Both the position numbers and the translations under genes were made by a program. Positions 1 to 9,849 of a stretch of 64,000 nt of DNA are shown here, one piece after another (position 1 is the first letter of the stretch; each line of letters begins with the position of its first letter). Origin of the DNA: an uncultured Alistipes sp. Its GTDB lineage: Bacteria; Bacteroidota; Bacteroidia; Bacteroidales; Rikenellaceae. The DNA lies in the NCBI GenBank assembly GCA_937911745.1, contig CALDPX010000067.1, positions 5,721 to 69,720 of the forward strand, in the 5' to 3' direction. Below the pieces are notes generated by a model. The model saw nothing but the letters and a program-made list of their open reading frames with translations. It searched no databases and was not told the DNA's origin.

Positions 1-321
1 CGAACCGCTCACCCCGACATCCACTTGTGGCAGAAGCGATGCCCTTGCCGTAGCCATAGTTTGTCGTGCCACCTCCACGTTGGAGAGTGCCACCGCGAGG
101 TCTTGGTTGTTTTCGAGGGCGGTGAGGATTAGTCTGTTGAGCGTTGTGTCGCCAAAGACCTCCCACCACTCCACGCCCACCACCAAGAGCGTGTCGCCCC
201 TATGGGCGAAGATATACTCATCGGGCGTGATGACGGGCACTATCTCGGGCGGAGTTACGGCACACGCCGACACCAAAGCCACACCCCCCACAAGCCATCT
301 ACAAAGTGCTCTCTTTTTCAT
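1..321 (-). CDS. RND efflux outer-membrane factor lipoprotein (NodT/TolC family), truncated by the window edge
   Basis: Not in the ORF track. Manual translation from ATG 321: MKKRALCRWLVGGVALVSAC...EWWEVFGDTTLNRLILTALENNQDLAVA...LLPQV. Lipobox plus the WW..F.D..L..LI..AL.NN.DL motif of OprM/NodT proteins; follows the RND permease. Confidence 0.88.
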   Translation of the reverse strand, partial: MKKRALCRWLVGGVALVSACAVTPPEIVPVITPDEYIFAHRGDTLLVVGVEWWEVFGDTTLNRLILTALENNQDLAVALSNVEVARQTMATARASLLPQVDVGVSGS

Positions 322-3300
322 ACTCTTTGCGTTTTTGAATCATTCTTTCGCGCTTCTTTTCAAACTTAGCCACTCGTCCCACAAGGTGGTAGAGTGCGGG
401 ATAGACAAAAATGCCGAGCGTTGTGGCTATGAGCATACCACCCACCAGAGCCACCCCCATCACATTGCGAGCCACCGAGTAGGCTCCCGAAGCAAAGACA
501 AGTGGCAAGATGCCGACAATGAAGGCAAATGCCGTCATTAGGATTGGTCTCAGGCGCAGTTTTGCTGCCGCAATCGAGGCTTCGTGGAGTGACAGTCCCT
601 CATCGTAGAACTTTCTATCGGCATACTCCACCACCAAAATAGCACTCTTTGCCGACAGACCAATGAGCATCACAAGCGACACTTTCATAAAGATGTTGTC
701 GATGTAGATGGGGTTCAAAAGGTGAGCAAGCCACACAAACAGCAGCGACCCGAAGAGTGCGAGGGGCACACCGAGCAGTACGCTCATAGGTAGCGACCAC
801 GAGTTGTAGAGTGCCGCCAGAGCCAAGAAGACAAAGACCACCGCCAACAGGTAGGTTAAGCCTCCGCCCGAGGCTGTTGCCTCTTGGTAGGATACTCCGC
901 TCCACGCCAACGTAACATCATCGGGCAGGGTGCTCTCGGCAAGGCTTTCGAGGGCTTTCATTGCATCATCCGAGGAGGTGCCCGCCGAGGGCGTTGCATT
1001 GACGGCTATGGCATCGTAGAGGTTGAATTGGGTGATATACTCCACACCCACCGTATCCCTCAGTTCCACAAAGGGGGCTATGGGAACGCTCTCGCCCCGA
1101 GAGTTTTTCACATAGTAGCCCGCCAAGTCGCTCTCTGTTCGGCGATACTCCGCGTCTGCCTGAATGTAGGTCTGGTAGAGTTTGCCGAAGCGGTTGAAGT
1201 TGCCCACATAAAGACCTCCATACATAGCCGACAGCAACTCCCTCACGTCGGCTGGTGCCACCCCCTCTTGGAGAGCAAGAGGCTCATTGATGACAAGTTT
1301 GCGCTGTGGCACTTCGGCATCGAACTGGGTGGAGATGGAGGCTATCTCGGGCAGGCTGTCAGCCGCAGCCATAAAACGCTCTGCCTCCTCGGCGAGGTAA
1401 CGCACATCTCCGCTTCCTCTATTTTGGAGCATAAACGTAACGCCCGAGGCGACACCCAGACCGGGGATTGAGGGCGGCTCGAAAGCGTAGAAGACTCCCT
1501 CGGGCACCTCGGTATAGAGAGTGGCATTGAGTTCGGCGGCTATCTCCTCGGCAGAGCGGGTGCGCTCCTTGTAGGGGTCGAGGGTGACGAAAATCACTCC
1601 GCTATTGGTTGCTGCCACTCCCGTCAGCAAGTCGAAGCCCGCTGTCGAAGCCTCGTAGTGCACACCCTCGGTAGAGCGAATGATTTCGACCGCTTTCTCT
1701 ATTGCCGCATCGGTGCGCGAGACGCTCGCCGCATCGGGCAACTCCACCGACACCATAAGGTAGCCTTGGTCCTCGCTCGTGAGGAAACCGCTCGGCAAAG
1801 ATTTGAAGAAGAAGAGCGTTGCACCACCCGTAAGTACAACCAAGAGCAGCGTGCGCGCCGAATGGCGCACCACCACCTGCGTGGAGCGCATATAACCATC
1901 CACGCTCCTATCGAAGAGGCGGTTGAAAGCCCCCAGCACTCCCTTTGTGGTGCGCACTTTGGGGCGCAGAAGGAGCGAGCATAAGGCAGGCGAGAGCGTC
2001 AGGGCATTGAATGCCGAGATGACCAATGCCACCGATATACCCATAGCAAACTGCTGGAACATTTTGCCCGTTATACCCTCCATAAGTGTTGCCGGAATGA
2101 AAACCGCCAATAGCACTACGGTGGTTGCTACGATGGGCGAGGAGACTTGACGCATAGCCTCCAAGGTGGCTTTGCGAGGGCTCTTGCCCGCCTCGATACC
2201 CACCTGCACCGCCTCCACAACCACAATGGCATCATCTACCACCAAGCCAATAGCCAGCACCAAGCCCAAGAGCGAGATGATGTTTATCGAAAATCCCAGC
2301 AGCGGAAAGACCGCAAAGGCTCCGACAATCGAAACAGGTATGGCAATCAGAGGGATGAGCGTTGCTCGCAGGTCTTGCAAGAAGATGAAGATTACGAGAA
2401 TAACCAGGGCAAGCGTGAAGAGCATTGTGGAGAAAATCTCCTCAATACCCGCCTCAATACTCTCCGTAGCATCTATGATGGTGGCTGTTTCGACACTCTC
2501 GGGGAACCTATCCTCTATTGAGGCTATGGTTGCCTTCACCTTGCCTCCCACCTCTACGGCGTTGCTACCGGGGGTTTGGTAGACCACCACAAGGGCAGCA
2601 GGATCGCCATCGAAGGCAGAGAAAGCACCATAGGTCTGGCATCCCAACTCCACGCGGGCAACATCGCCAATCGTCACCACCTCCCCTTTGGGCGTAACTC
2701 GGAGGGCAATCTGCTCGTACTGCTCTGCCTCGGAGAGTGCAGGAGGGGTGGTAACGGTATAGGTAAACGCCTCGGGCTCGGCAAGGGGCTCGGCTCCGAG
2801 TTTACCTGCCGAGAAGATTGTCGCCTCGTTCTGTATGGCAGAGGCTATATCCTCCACCGAGATGTCGTAGAGTGCCATACGGTAGGGATTTACCCACACT
2901 CGCATAGCATACTTACCCGCACCGAGGATTTGCACCTTGCCCACGCCGTCAATCTTCAACAACTCGTTCTGGATGTTGATGTACGCCCAATTCGAGAGGA
3001 AGTTATCATCATACATCCCTCCTCGGGAGTAGAGTGCGTAGATGAGCAAAAAACCCGTCTGCGACTTCTGAGTTGTAACGCCCTGCTGAATAACCTCCGA
3101 GGGCAAGCCTGCCGTGGAGGAGGAGATTTTGTTTTGCACAAAAATCTCATCGAGGTCGGCATCGCTGCCAATGTCAAAGAGGATTTGGAGCGACATAGAG
3201 CCATCGCCCGCCGAGGTGGTCTGCATATAGAGCATATCGCTCACACCCATAACCCCCTCGGCAAGAGGTGTTGCCACCGAATTGTTTACCGTAGAGGCGT

Positions 3301-3457
3301 CTGCACCCGTATAGGTAGCCTCAACCTCCACCACAGGAGGGGTGATGTCGGGGTACTGCTCTATGGGTAGCGAGCCTATCGACAAGCCGCCCAAGAGCAG
3401 GATGATGATGGCTATGACGATGGCGAAAATTGGTCTGTTTACGAAGAACTTTTCCAT
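299..3457 (-). CDS. RND efflux permease (AcrB/HAE1 family)
   Basis: 1052 aa; FFVNRPIFA start, LPIEQYPDITPP, VVDDAIVVVE (proton-relay Asp pair), GLSAKSAIL, RLRPILMT. Confidence 0.96.
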   Translation of the reverse strand: MEKFFVNRPIFAIVIAIIILLLGGLSIGSLPIEQYPDITPPVVEVEATYTGADASTVNNSVATPLAEGVMGVSDMLYMQTTSAGDGSMSLQILFDIGSDADLDEIFVQNKISSSTAGLPSEVIQQGVTTQKSQTGFLLIYALYSRGGMYDDNFLSNWAYINIQNELLKIDGVGKVQILGAGKYAMRVWVNPYRMALYDISVEDIASAIQNEATIFSAGKLGAEPLAEPEAFTYTVTTPPALSEAEQYEQIALRVTPKGEVVTIGDVARVELGCQTYGAFSAFDGDPAALVVVYQTPGSNAVEVGGKVKATIASIEDRFPESVETATIIDATESIEAGIEEIFSTMLFTLALVILVIFIFLQDLRATLIPLIAIPVSIVGAFAVFPLLGFSINIISLLGLVLAIGLVVDDAIVVVEAVQVGIEAGKSPRKATLEAMRQVSSPIVATTVVLLAVFIPATLMEGITGKMFQQFAMGISVALVISAFNALTLSPALCSLLLRPKVRTTKGVLGAFNRLFDRSVDGYMRSTQVVVRHSARTLLLVVLTGGATLFFFKSLPSGFLTSEDQGYLMVSVELPDAASVSRTDAAIEKAVEIIRSTEGVHYEASTAGFDLLTGVAATNSGVIFVTLDPYKERTRSAEEIAAELNATLYTEVPEGVFYAFEPPSIPGLGVASGVTFMLQNRGSGDVRYLAEEAERFMAAADSLPEIASISTQFDAEVPQRKLVINEPLALQEGVAPADVRELLSAMYGGLYVGNFNRFGKLYQTYIQADAEYRRTESDLAGYYVKNSRGESVPIAPFVELRDTVGVEYITQFNLYDAIAVNATPSAGTSSDDAMKALESLAESTLPDDVTLAWSGVSYQEATASGGGLTYLLAVVFVFLALAALYNSWSLPMSVLLGVPLALFGSLLFVWLAHLLNPIYIDNIFMKVSLVMLIGLSAKSAILVVEYADRKFYDEGLSLHEASIAAAKLRLRPILMTAFAFIVGILPLVFASGAYSVARNVMGVALVGGMLIATTLGIFVYPALYHLVGRVAKFEKKRERMIQKRKEYEKESTL

Positions 3458-3472
3458 ACTCCGAGCCCTCCC

Positions 3473-4606
3473 CTACTTTTGTGCCACCGAAACTACCACC
3501 TGCTCTCCGCTGCGCAGGTGCTGCAAGCCACTCGTTGCGACCATCTCGCCCACCGAGAGCCCACTCTCCACTATCCAATGGGTGCCGAACTTACTACCCA
3601 GCACCACAGGGCGCACTGTTGCCCTGTTTTGTTTGTCGATAACCCACACCGAGGCTTTATTGAGAGTCTGCACCACCGCCTCTTGGGGCACCAAAACAAC
3701 CCCCTCGGGCGAGCCTACATCGGCAGTGACAATAGCCGACTGCCCCACTTTCAGAAGTTTTTCGGGGTTGGGGAACGAGGCAACAATGATGATGGTCCCC
3801 GTTTGGTCGCCCGCCTCGCGCTTGGTGTAGGCATAGGTACCCTCGAAGGGGTATAGCGACCCATCGGGCAGGTAGAGACGTATGTTGCTCAGCAGCGTGG
3901 AGTTGTCGTAGGAGGGTGTCTTGTCGTCCTCTCCCCCGCCACGCACCTCGAAGTAGCGTGCAAAGGGTATCTGAATGTGCACACCTATCTCGTCGATGTT
4001 CGATACCGTAGCCAGCACCGAATAGGAGGTACCCACACCCACCCAATCGCCAACCGTAGCCCCCGAATCGTCAATAATACCGCTTATGGGGGAGGTTATG
4101 GTGGTGTAGTCGAGTTGCAGGAGCGACTCTTCGAGTTGGGAGCGAGCAAGTTCCACCTGAGCCTCTGCCGAGGCATAGGCAGCCTCGTATTGGTCGAGTG
4201 CGCTCTGGCTTATGGCGTCTATACGCGCAAGCGGTACGGCTCGGCGATAGTTGTTCTTAGCCTCGGCAAGCGATGTCTCGGCAGAGGCGAGTGCCGCACG
4301 ATTGGAGATTACCGAAAGCCTTATGGGGGCTGCATCGAGCGTGAAAAGTACCTGCCCCTCCTCTACGGGCATACCCTTCGAGAACTCCTTTGTGAGCAGA
4401 TAGCCACTCACGCGAGGCTGGATGGTCGCGTCGTAGTTGGAGTAGAGCAGAGTCTGGAAGCGCATAGGCATCACCACCCTCTCGCCCACCACCTCGGAAA
4501 CCTCCACACGCGGCGCGGGAACACTTGGTTTTACGCTCTTGGAGCCCCTATCGCACGCCAAGAGCAGCCAAAGCAATAGGGCAGAATAGAGTAACAACTT
4601 TTTCAT
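3473..4606 (-). CDS. RND efflux periplasmic adaptor (AcrA-like lipoprotein)
   Basis: Lipobox LLLAC; PRVSGYL, TTITSPISGII, VPQEAV, GL..GE.V...G motifs; directly upstream of the permease. Confidence 0.94.
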   Translation of the reverse strand: MKKLLLYSALLLWLLLACDRGSKSVKPSVPAPRVEVSEVVGERVVMPMRFQTLLYSNYDATIQPRVSGYLLTKEFSKGMPVEEGQVLFTLDAAPIRLSVISNRAALASAETSLAEAKNNYRRAVPLARIDAISQSALDQYEAAYASAEAQVELARSQLEESLLQLDYTTITSPISGIIDDSGATVGDWVGVGTSYSVLATVSNIDEIGVHIQIPFARYFEVRGGGEDDKTPSYDNSTLLSNIRLYLPDGSLYPFEGTYAYTKREAGDQTGTIIIVASFPNPEKLLKVGQSAIVTADVGSPEGVVLVPQEAVVQTLNKASVWVIDKQNRATVRPVVLGSKFGTHWIVESGLSVGEMVATSGLQHLRSGEQVVVSVAQK

Positions 4607-4700
4607 AGTCTGATTGTGTTTGGTTTTGTTGGGTAGGAGGTTACAAATTACACGCCAAAAATAGGCTCACAAAATTTTTGCGATTTGGCTCGCCTCGTGC

Positions 4701-4708
4701 TATCTTTG
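4701..4708 (+). promoter_or_regulatory. Bacteroidetes primary-sigma -7 box for surE
   Basis: TATCTTTG with TTTG at 4677-4680 (20-nt spacer); a divergent TATTTTTG at 4656-4663 (-) faces the RND operon. Confidence 0.7.
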
Positions 4709-4730
4709 TGGTCACAAAACCCAAGACAGT

Positions 4731-5510
4731 ATGAAAAGACCTATTATATTTATAAGCAACGACGACGGATACCGCGCAAAGGGTTTCAACGAGATAGTGA
4801 ACTGTGCGGCAAAATTTGGCGATGTCATAGCCCTTGCACCCGACGAGACACAATCGGGCAAGGCGCACGCCATAACGATGTACGACCCACTCTATCTGAC
4901 ACTGTGCCGCGATGAGCCACACATAAAGGTCTATTCGTGCAACGGCACACCCGTAGATTGTGTAAAGATGGCTTACGATTGGCTCCTGCCCGAGTTGGGA
5001 CTCACCCCCGACCTCAACCTCAGCGGCATCAACCACGGCTCCAATGCCGCCATAAACGTGCTCTACTCGGGTACTATGGGAGCAGCAATAGAGGCGAGTT
5101 TCTATGGCGCACCCTCCATTGGGCTTTCGCTCGATAATCACGACCACAATGCCGATTTCGATGCCACCATAGCCTTTGCTGAGCGCATAATACCCGCAAT
5201 GCTCGCCCTTGACAAGCTCTCCGAACCGCTATGTCTTAATATCAATGTACCTATTGCTCGCCCCGAGGAGATTAAAGGCTACCGCATATGCCGACAGACT
5301 CGCGGCTTCTGGAAAGAGGAGTTCTTCTGCCGTCAAGACCCCCGAGGCAGGGACTACTTTTGGCTTACGGGCGGTTTCTGCAACCACGAGCCCGAAGCGG
5401 AGGATACCGACGAGTGGGCACTGAAAAACAAGTATATTGCAGTAGTACCCATCAAGGTCGATCTGACAGATTATGCACGCTTGGATATGCTCAAAGGACT
5501 GAAATTGTAG
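4731..5510 (+). CDS. surE: 5'/3'-nucleotidase SurE
   Basis: SNDDG, GTPVDCV, SGINHGSN, YSGTMGAA motifs. Confidence 0.96.
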   Translation: MKRPIIFISNDDGYRAKGFNEIVNCAAKFGDVIALAPDETQSGKAHAITMYDPLYLTLCRDEPHIKVYSCNGTPVDCVKMAYDWLLPELGLTPDLNLSGINHGSNAAINVLYSGTMGAAIEASFYGAPSIGLSLDNHDHNADFDATIAFAERIIPAMLALDKLSEPLCLNINVPIARPEEIKGYRICRQTRGFWKEEFFCRQDPRGRDYFWLTGGFCNHEPEAEDTDEWALKNKYIAVVPIKVDLTDYARLDMLKGLKL

Positions 5511-5611
5511 CCATCGGACAAAAAGTAGTTGCATTTTTTAGATGCGATTTTCAGCGGTTAAAGCACTCTTTTCGAGTGCTTTAACTATTTTATAGTTGCA
5601 AAATTTAGAGA

Positions 5612-5658
5612 AATTTTGAATTTTGAATTTTGAATTTTGAATTTTGTCCGTATCTTTG
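5612..5658 (+). promoter_or_regulatory. rplS promoter: five AATTTTG heptamers followed by a TATCTTTG -7 box
   Basis: TTTG ends at 5618/5625/5632/5639/5646; TATCTTTG at 5651-5658. Confidence 0.7.
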
Positions 5659-5740
5659 CGCTCCGGTAGCGGAATCTCTTACGAGAACATAGGGGTCCGT
5701 AACATTCCCTACTTTAACATTTTAATCGATTAAAAACAAG

Positions 5741-6106
5741 ATGGACAACTTAATCAAAATCGCAGAAGAGGCTATGTGGGCACCCAAGGAGGTTCCTTCG
5801 TTCAAAGCCGGCGACACCATCACCGTTAGCTACAAAATCGTAGAGGGTAACAAGGAGCGTATCCAGAGTTTCCGCGGTGTGGTAATCCAAATCAAAGGTC
5901 GTGGTGTAACCAAAATGTTCACCATCCGCAAAATCTCTAACGGTGTAGGTGTAGAGCGTATCTTCCCCCTCTACTCGCCCCACATCGAGTCTATCGAGGT
6001 TAACAAAGTTGGTGTTGTACGCCGTGCACGCATCTACTACCTCCGTGACCTCACCGGTAAGAAGGCTCGTATCAAAGAGAAACGTTACGTCGCAAAGGAG
6101 AAATAG
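5741..6106 (+). CDS. rplS: 50S ribosomal protein L19
   Basis: [34 protein letters not shown]. Confidence 0.98.
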   Translation: MDNLIKIAEEAMWAPKEVPSFKAGDTITVSYKIVEGNKERIQSFRGVVIQIKGRGVTKMFTIRKISNGVGVERIFPLYSPHIESIEVNKVGVVRRARIYYLRDLTGKKARIKEKRYVAKEK

Positions 6107-6149
6107 TCTCCAAGCGCGTCTGGCGGACGATTACTTCGTTACGCTCAAC

Positions 6150-6194
6150 AAAATCCCCCTCATTTGCGCCAAGCAAACTGCGGGGGATTTTCTT
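6150..6194 (-). repeat. REP-like hairpin family, copy 1 (likely also a rplS/yidD terminator)
   Basis: Minus strand AAGAAAATCCCCCGCAGTTTGC-TTGGC-GCAAATGAGGGGGATTTT. Confidence 0.7.
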
Positions 6195-6256
6195 TTCGCA
6201 AGCCTTGTACTCGCCTATCGCAGTGCGGTGCAAAATTTACCCGCAAGATGCGCTCG

Positions 6257-6532
6257 CTATGGAACGGGGTCATACCCACTACCACCCCACGGATGGCACC
6301 GCAGGATACGCCTCAGGGCGAGCCAACCGCCCTTGAAAGGTCCATATTTGCGGATAGCCTCCAAAGCGTATTGTGAGCAAGTGGGGGTAAACCGACACGA
6401 GGCGTGTGGTTTAAGGGGCGAGATGCAAATCTGATAGAAGCGGATGAGTGCCACAAATGGTGCGCTCAGCAACCACTTACAGCCGCCCCACAATTTTTGC
6501 CAAAATCTCCTCCACTGCATTCTTGATGACAT
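6257..6532 (-). CDS. yidD: Membrane protein insertion efficiency factor YidD
   Basis: YQICISP...[19 protein letters not shown]...[17 protein letters not shown]; start may be 6520. Confidence 0.95.
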   Translation of the reverse strand: MSSRMQWRRFWQKLWGGCKWLLSAPFVALIRFYQICISPLKPHASCRFTPTCSQYALEAIRKYGPFKGGWLALRRILRCHPWGGSGYDPVP

Positions 6533-6869
6533 TATAGTCCACCACCTCTTTGGTGTTGTAGATAAGCCCCATATCTATGTGCAAACCCTTTGCTACGGCA
6601 GCCTCCACAAGGGGGTGTTTAGAGAGTCTGTACGCCTCGCGGGTGCGTCTTTTCAGCAGGTTGCGACCTACGGCACGCTTGATGTTGCGCTTGGGCACGA
6701 CAACAAGTACCGACACCGCTACACCATCCTCGGGGGTGGCAGCACGCTTCTTGAAGACATAGCGATAGGGGTGTACAACGCCGCTCTTGCTATGCACAAA
6801 GAGCGCATCGACAGCACCGCCATGCAATCGCTCAGCCTTACAAAGTGTATTTCTTCGGGTTGGTAGCAC
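6477..6869 (-). CDS. rnpA: Ribonuclease P protein component
   Basis: [28 protein letters not shown] (RNR motif); adjacent to yidD. Confidence 0.93.
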   Translation of the reverse strand: MLPTRRNTLCKAERLHGGAVDALFVHSKSGVVHPYRYVFKKRAATPEDGVAVSVLVVVPKRNIKRAVGRNLLKRRTREAYRLSKHPLVEAAVAKGLHIDMGLIYNTKEVVDYNVIKNAVEEILAKIVGRL

Positions 6870-6929
6870 GTCTTTGGTCTTTATTATAAAAGGGGTATCA
6901 CTCCGACACCCCTTGCTAATATCCTCTCT

Positions 6930-7811
6930 CTATTTTGCACTCTTGGGGGCAACGGGACCCTCGGCAGGTTTGCGTTTTGCACGCGAGCGCTTGGTGGGCT
7001 TTGCCTCCTGAGCCTTGATGAAGTTTTCTGCCTTGTGGCTATGGCTAAACTCAATGGGTTCGAGCGTTTTGCCCGCCTTGGCATCAGCCGCCAACAACTC
7101 CACAGCCTTCACAATGTTGGGTACTCCTGGCGAAGGAGCCTTGCCATAGATTTTCAATCCCGCCTCAACGGCCGCCTTGGCGGTATTCTCTCCCAACACC
7201 ACAATCATGGGGATATTTTCGGTTCCAAACTTTGACACCAAAGAGGATATCTCGTTGGGACTGTAAAAGACCAAAAGGTCGTAGTCCGCAATGTTTACAT
7301 CGTCGAGATTTGCGCTTACGGTGTGCGCAAAGATGAGGCTTCGGAAGTTGAGTTTCAACTTTTCGAGAGTGTGAGGAATCTCGGGGTTGTGAGGTTCGGC
7401 AAGAGCAAGAATAAAACGCTCGTCCTTGTGTTTGAGGATGAGTTCCATAAAACTATCGAACTTGCCATCGGCAAAGAAAATTTTGCGTTTGCGGTAGACG
7501 ATATATTTCTGCAAATAGAGAGCCACAGCCTCGGTAATACAGAAGTATTTCATCGACTCGGGGATGTTAATCCTCGCCTCTTCGGCAATGCGGAAAAAGT
7601 TGTCGATGGTCGTGCGACTGGTAAAAATCACTGCCGAATAGTCCAAAATTTCTGTCCTTTGGCTACGGAATTCTTTCAGCGACACACCCTCAATGCGCAT
7701 AAAAGGCTTGAAAGTAAGGTTGAGGTTCTGACTCTTTGCAACCTCGTAGAATGGCGATTTTTCGATTACCGCAGGTTGGGGCTGCGAAATCAGTACGTTC
7801 TTAATTTTCAA
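6930..7811 (-). CDS. Uroporphyrinogen-III synthase-like protein (Bacteroidetes HemD-like) with a basic C-terminal tail
   Basis: KIKNVLISQPQP...SPF, AVIFTSR, MKYFC..EAVALYLQKYIVYRKRKIFF. Probable TTG start at 7811 (track starts 7847). Confidence 0.85.
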   Translation of the reverse strand: MKIKNVLISQPQPAVIEKSPFYEVAKSQNLNLTFKPFMRIEGVSLKEFRSQRTEILDYSAVIFTSRTTIDNFFRIAEEARINIPESMKYFCITEAVALYLQKYIVYRKRKIFFADGKFDSFMELILKHKDERFILALAEPHNPEIPHTLEKLKLNFRSLIFAHTVSANLDDVNIADYDLLVFYSPNEISSLVSKFGTENIPMIVVLGENTAKAAVEAGLKIYGKAPSPGVPNIVKAVELLAADAKAGKTLEPIEFSHSHKAENFIKAQEAKPTKRSRAKRKPAEGPVAPKSAK

Positions 7812-7836
7812 CTCTTTGTATTTGTTCGGTTCGACA

Positions 7837-8613
7837 TTAAACGGCACTATTTCTCACCACCAAAGTGACAACAATACCGATGGGAATCAAAATTGCGGTG
7901 CAAAGGTACAAAATCAAAAGTAAAATAGAAACTTTTTGTTCAACAAAGAAAATTAAACTTTTTGTGCAGAATAAAAATAGCGCCACCCCGGCAGCAGCCA
8001 CACACACCCAGCCCAAGACAACTGCCGAGGCACCCGTATTGGCCACAAAGAGCAGCGCAATGGGGGTGGTGACTATTGCCGCCAAAGCCATAAGCGTATC
8101 GGCAAGAATATTGATACCCTCTGCAATATCTTTGCGGCGCACAAGTGCACACATACCATTGGTCACCATGCGTTGGAGAGCACCCAATGCAACGGCTACC
8201 GCCACAAACATCGGAACAAGTAGCAAAGGCTCGACGCCAAGGCTGTTAACTCCCGACACTTCAAGCCATTTGACGCCCACCAACGACCACATAACAACTC
8301 CCACAAGGAGCGAATAACGCACCGCCCTCATGAAGAGATAACTCATCTCGTCCGCAACTCTTATGCCAAGATTGCGACCAAAAGCAATTTTTCCCATCTG
8401 CCCAATGTGACCTCCGTAGGCAAACACCACAAAAAGATAGAGGACGAACAACCCCGCAACAAACAACCATACAACCCAATTCCCCGCCAGCGTAGAGCCC
8501 ACGGAAAGGTCCTCCACACTTTGGGGTACAAGACTTGCGCTCTTGCCAAAGAGGGATTGCAGACCTCCTCCGAGCGAGTCCAACGATTGAGTTTGTACTG
8601 CGGTGTCTATCAT
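7837..8613 (-). CDS. DUF4271-family membrane protein
   Basis: Multi-TM protein ending ILYLC..ILIP; this position upstream of hemD-like/rnpA/yidD is conserved in Bacteroidales. Confidence 0.7.
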   Translation of the reverse strand: MIDTAVQTQSLDSLGGGLQSLFGKSASLVPQSVEDLSVGSTLAGNWVVWLFVAGLFVLYLFVVFAYGGHIGQMGKIAFGRNLGIRVADEMSYLFMRAVRYSLLVGVVMWSLVGVKWLEVSGVNSLGVEPLLLVPMFVAVAVALGALQRMVTNGMCALVRRKDIAEGINILADTLMALAAIVTTPIALLFVANTGASAVVLGWVCVAAAGVALFLFCTKSLIFFVEQKVSILLLILYLCTAILIPIGIVVTLVVRNSAV

Positions 8614-8643
8614 TTATACTCCAAAAAACTCTCAATTATGATT

Positions 8644-9819
8644 TTAGTTATCACGCTTGCGCAGAGAGATGCGGATGGTGGTACCCTTGCCCAACTCGCT
8701 CTCGGTTACGGCAATATATCCTTTGTGATACTCCTCAATGATGCGTTTACTCAGCGACAAGCCCAAACCCCAACCTCGGGTTTTGGTCGTAAAGCCTGGC
8801 TCGAAAATCTTTTTCCAATTGCTCTTGGGGATACCTTTGCCCGTGTCGCTCACGTCTATGTAAGCCCACTCGTCACTCTGACTAATGGTCACACAGATAT
8901 TACCCACACCCTGCAAAGCATCGAGGGCGTTTTTGAGCAGGTTTTCGACCACCCACTCAAAGAGTGCGGCATTCATCATAACCCCAATAGGTGCTATGGC
9001 GAGTCCGTTGTAGTCGAGGCTCACCTTGCGGGGTATGCGTGTACGGAAGTAGAGAACACAGTCGCCCACAACTTCGCCGAGATTGGCTTCGGAGAGTTCG
9101 GTCTCGGAGCCGATTTTGCCAAAGCGGTTGGCAACCTTCACAAGCCTTTGTAAGTCTTTGTTCATCTCCTCAACAGCATCTTCGCCAACGCCCTGAGAGC
9201 GAAGGTATTCGAGCCAACCCATAAGCGAGGATATGGGGGTTCCGAGTTGGTGTGCGGTCTCCTTTGCCAAGCCTATCCACACACGGTTTTGCTCATCTTG
9301 CTTGGTGGTGCGGAAGGTCATAAAGGCAAAAAAGACAAATATCGCCACCACTGCCAACTGAACATAGGGAAACAAGATGAGCCAATCCAAAAGTGCCGAG
9401 TTGCCATAGAAGAGTATGTAGCGCGAGCCGCGAGGAGTGGTAATCTCTATGGGAGTGTTCTGTCGGGACAACTTCATAATCGCCTTCATCCTGCGGTCGG
9501 GATTATTGACAATACTCTCGGGTATGAGGTGCGATTTCTCCACTCGCCCACTCTCGTCGAGCATTATATAGGGGATATTTTGGTTGTGCACCACTTGGAA
9601 GATGAGCGGATCGTTGTGGGTGCTCTCGCCCATACGCTCCATAGCATACGACCACAGTGCCATCTCGTTCATCTCCTTGTGTTGGAGCATACGCGACATG
9701 CGGGTTGTGAAGAGTATCGACAGCGAGCCAATAACAAGGGCAATAGCCACCACCAACACCCTGCGTTTGTAGGGCGCACTCTTGATTTTGTGCCACATTC
9801 TATCCAAAAGACTCCTCAT
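8644..9819 (-). CDS. Sensor histidine kinase (no adjacent response regulator)
   Basis: Two TM segments; H-box ETAHQLGTPISSL; ENLLKNALDA; DTGKGI; FEPGFTTKTRGWGLGL. Confidence 0.95.
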   Translation of the reverse strand: MRSLLDRMWHKIKSAPYKRRVLVVAIALVIGSLSILFTTRMSRMLQHKEMNEMALWSYAMERMGESTHNDPLIFQVVHNQNIPYIMLDESGRVEKSHLIPESIVNNPDRRMKAIMKLSRQNTPIEITTPRGSRYILFYGNSALLDWLILFPYVQLAVVAIFVFFAFMTFRTTKQDEQNRVWIGLAKETAHQLGTPISSLMGWLEYLRSQGVGEDAVEEMNKDLQRLVKVANRFGKIGSETELSEANLGEVVGDCVLYFRTRIPRKVSLDYNGLAIAPIGVMMNAALFEWVVENLLKNALDALQGVGNICVTISQSDEWAYIDVSDTGKGIPKSNWKKIFEPGFTTKTRGWGLGLSLSKRIIEEYHKGYIAVTESELGKGTTIRISLRKRDN

Positions 9820-9849
9820 ATATATTACCCTCACTCAATGTTGTTGCAC

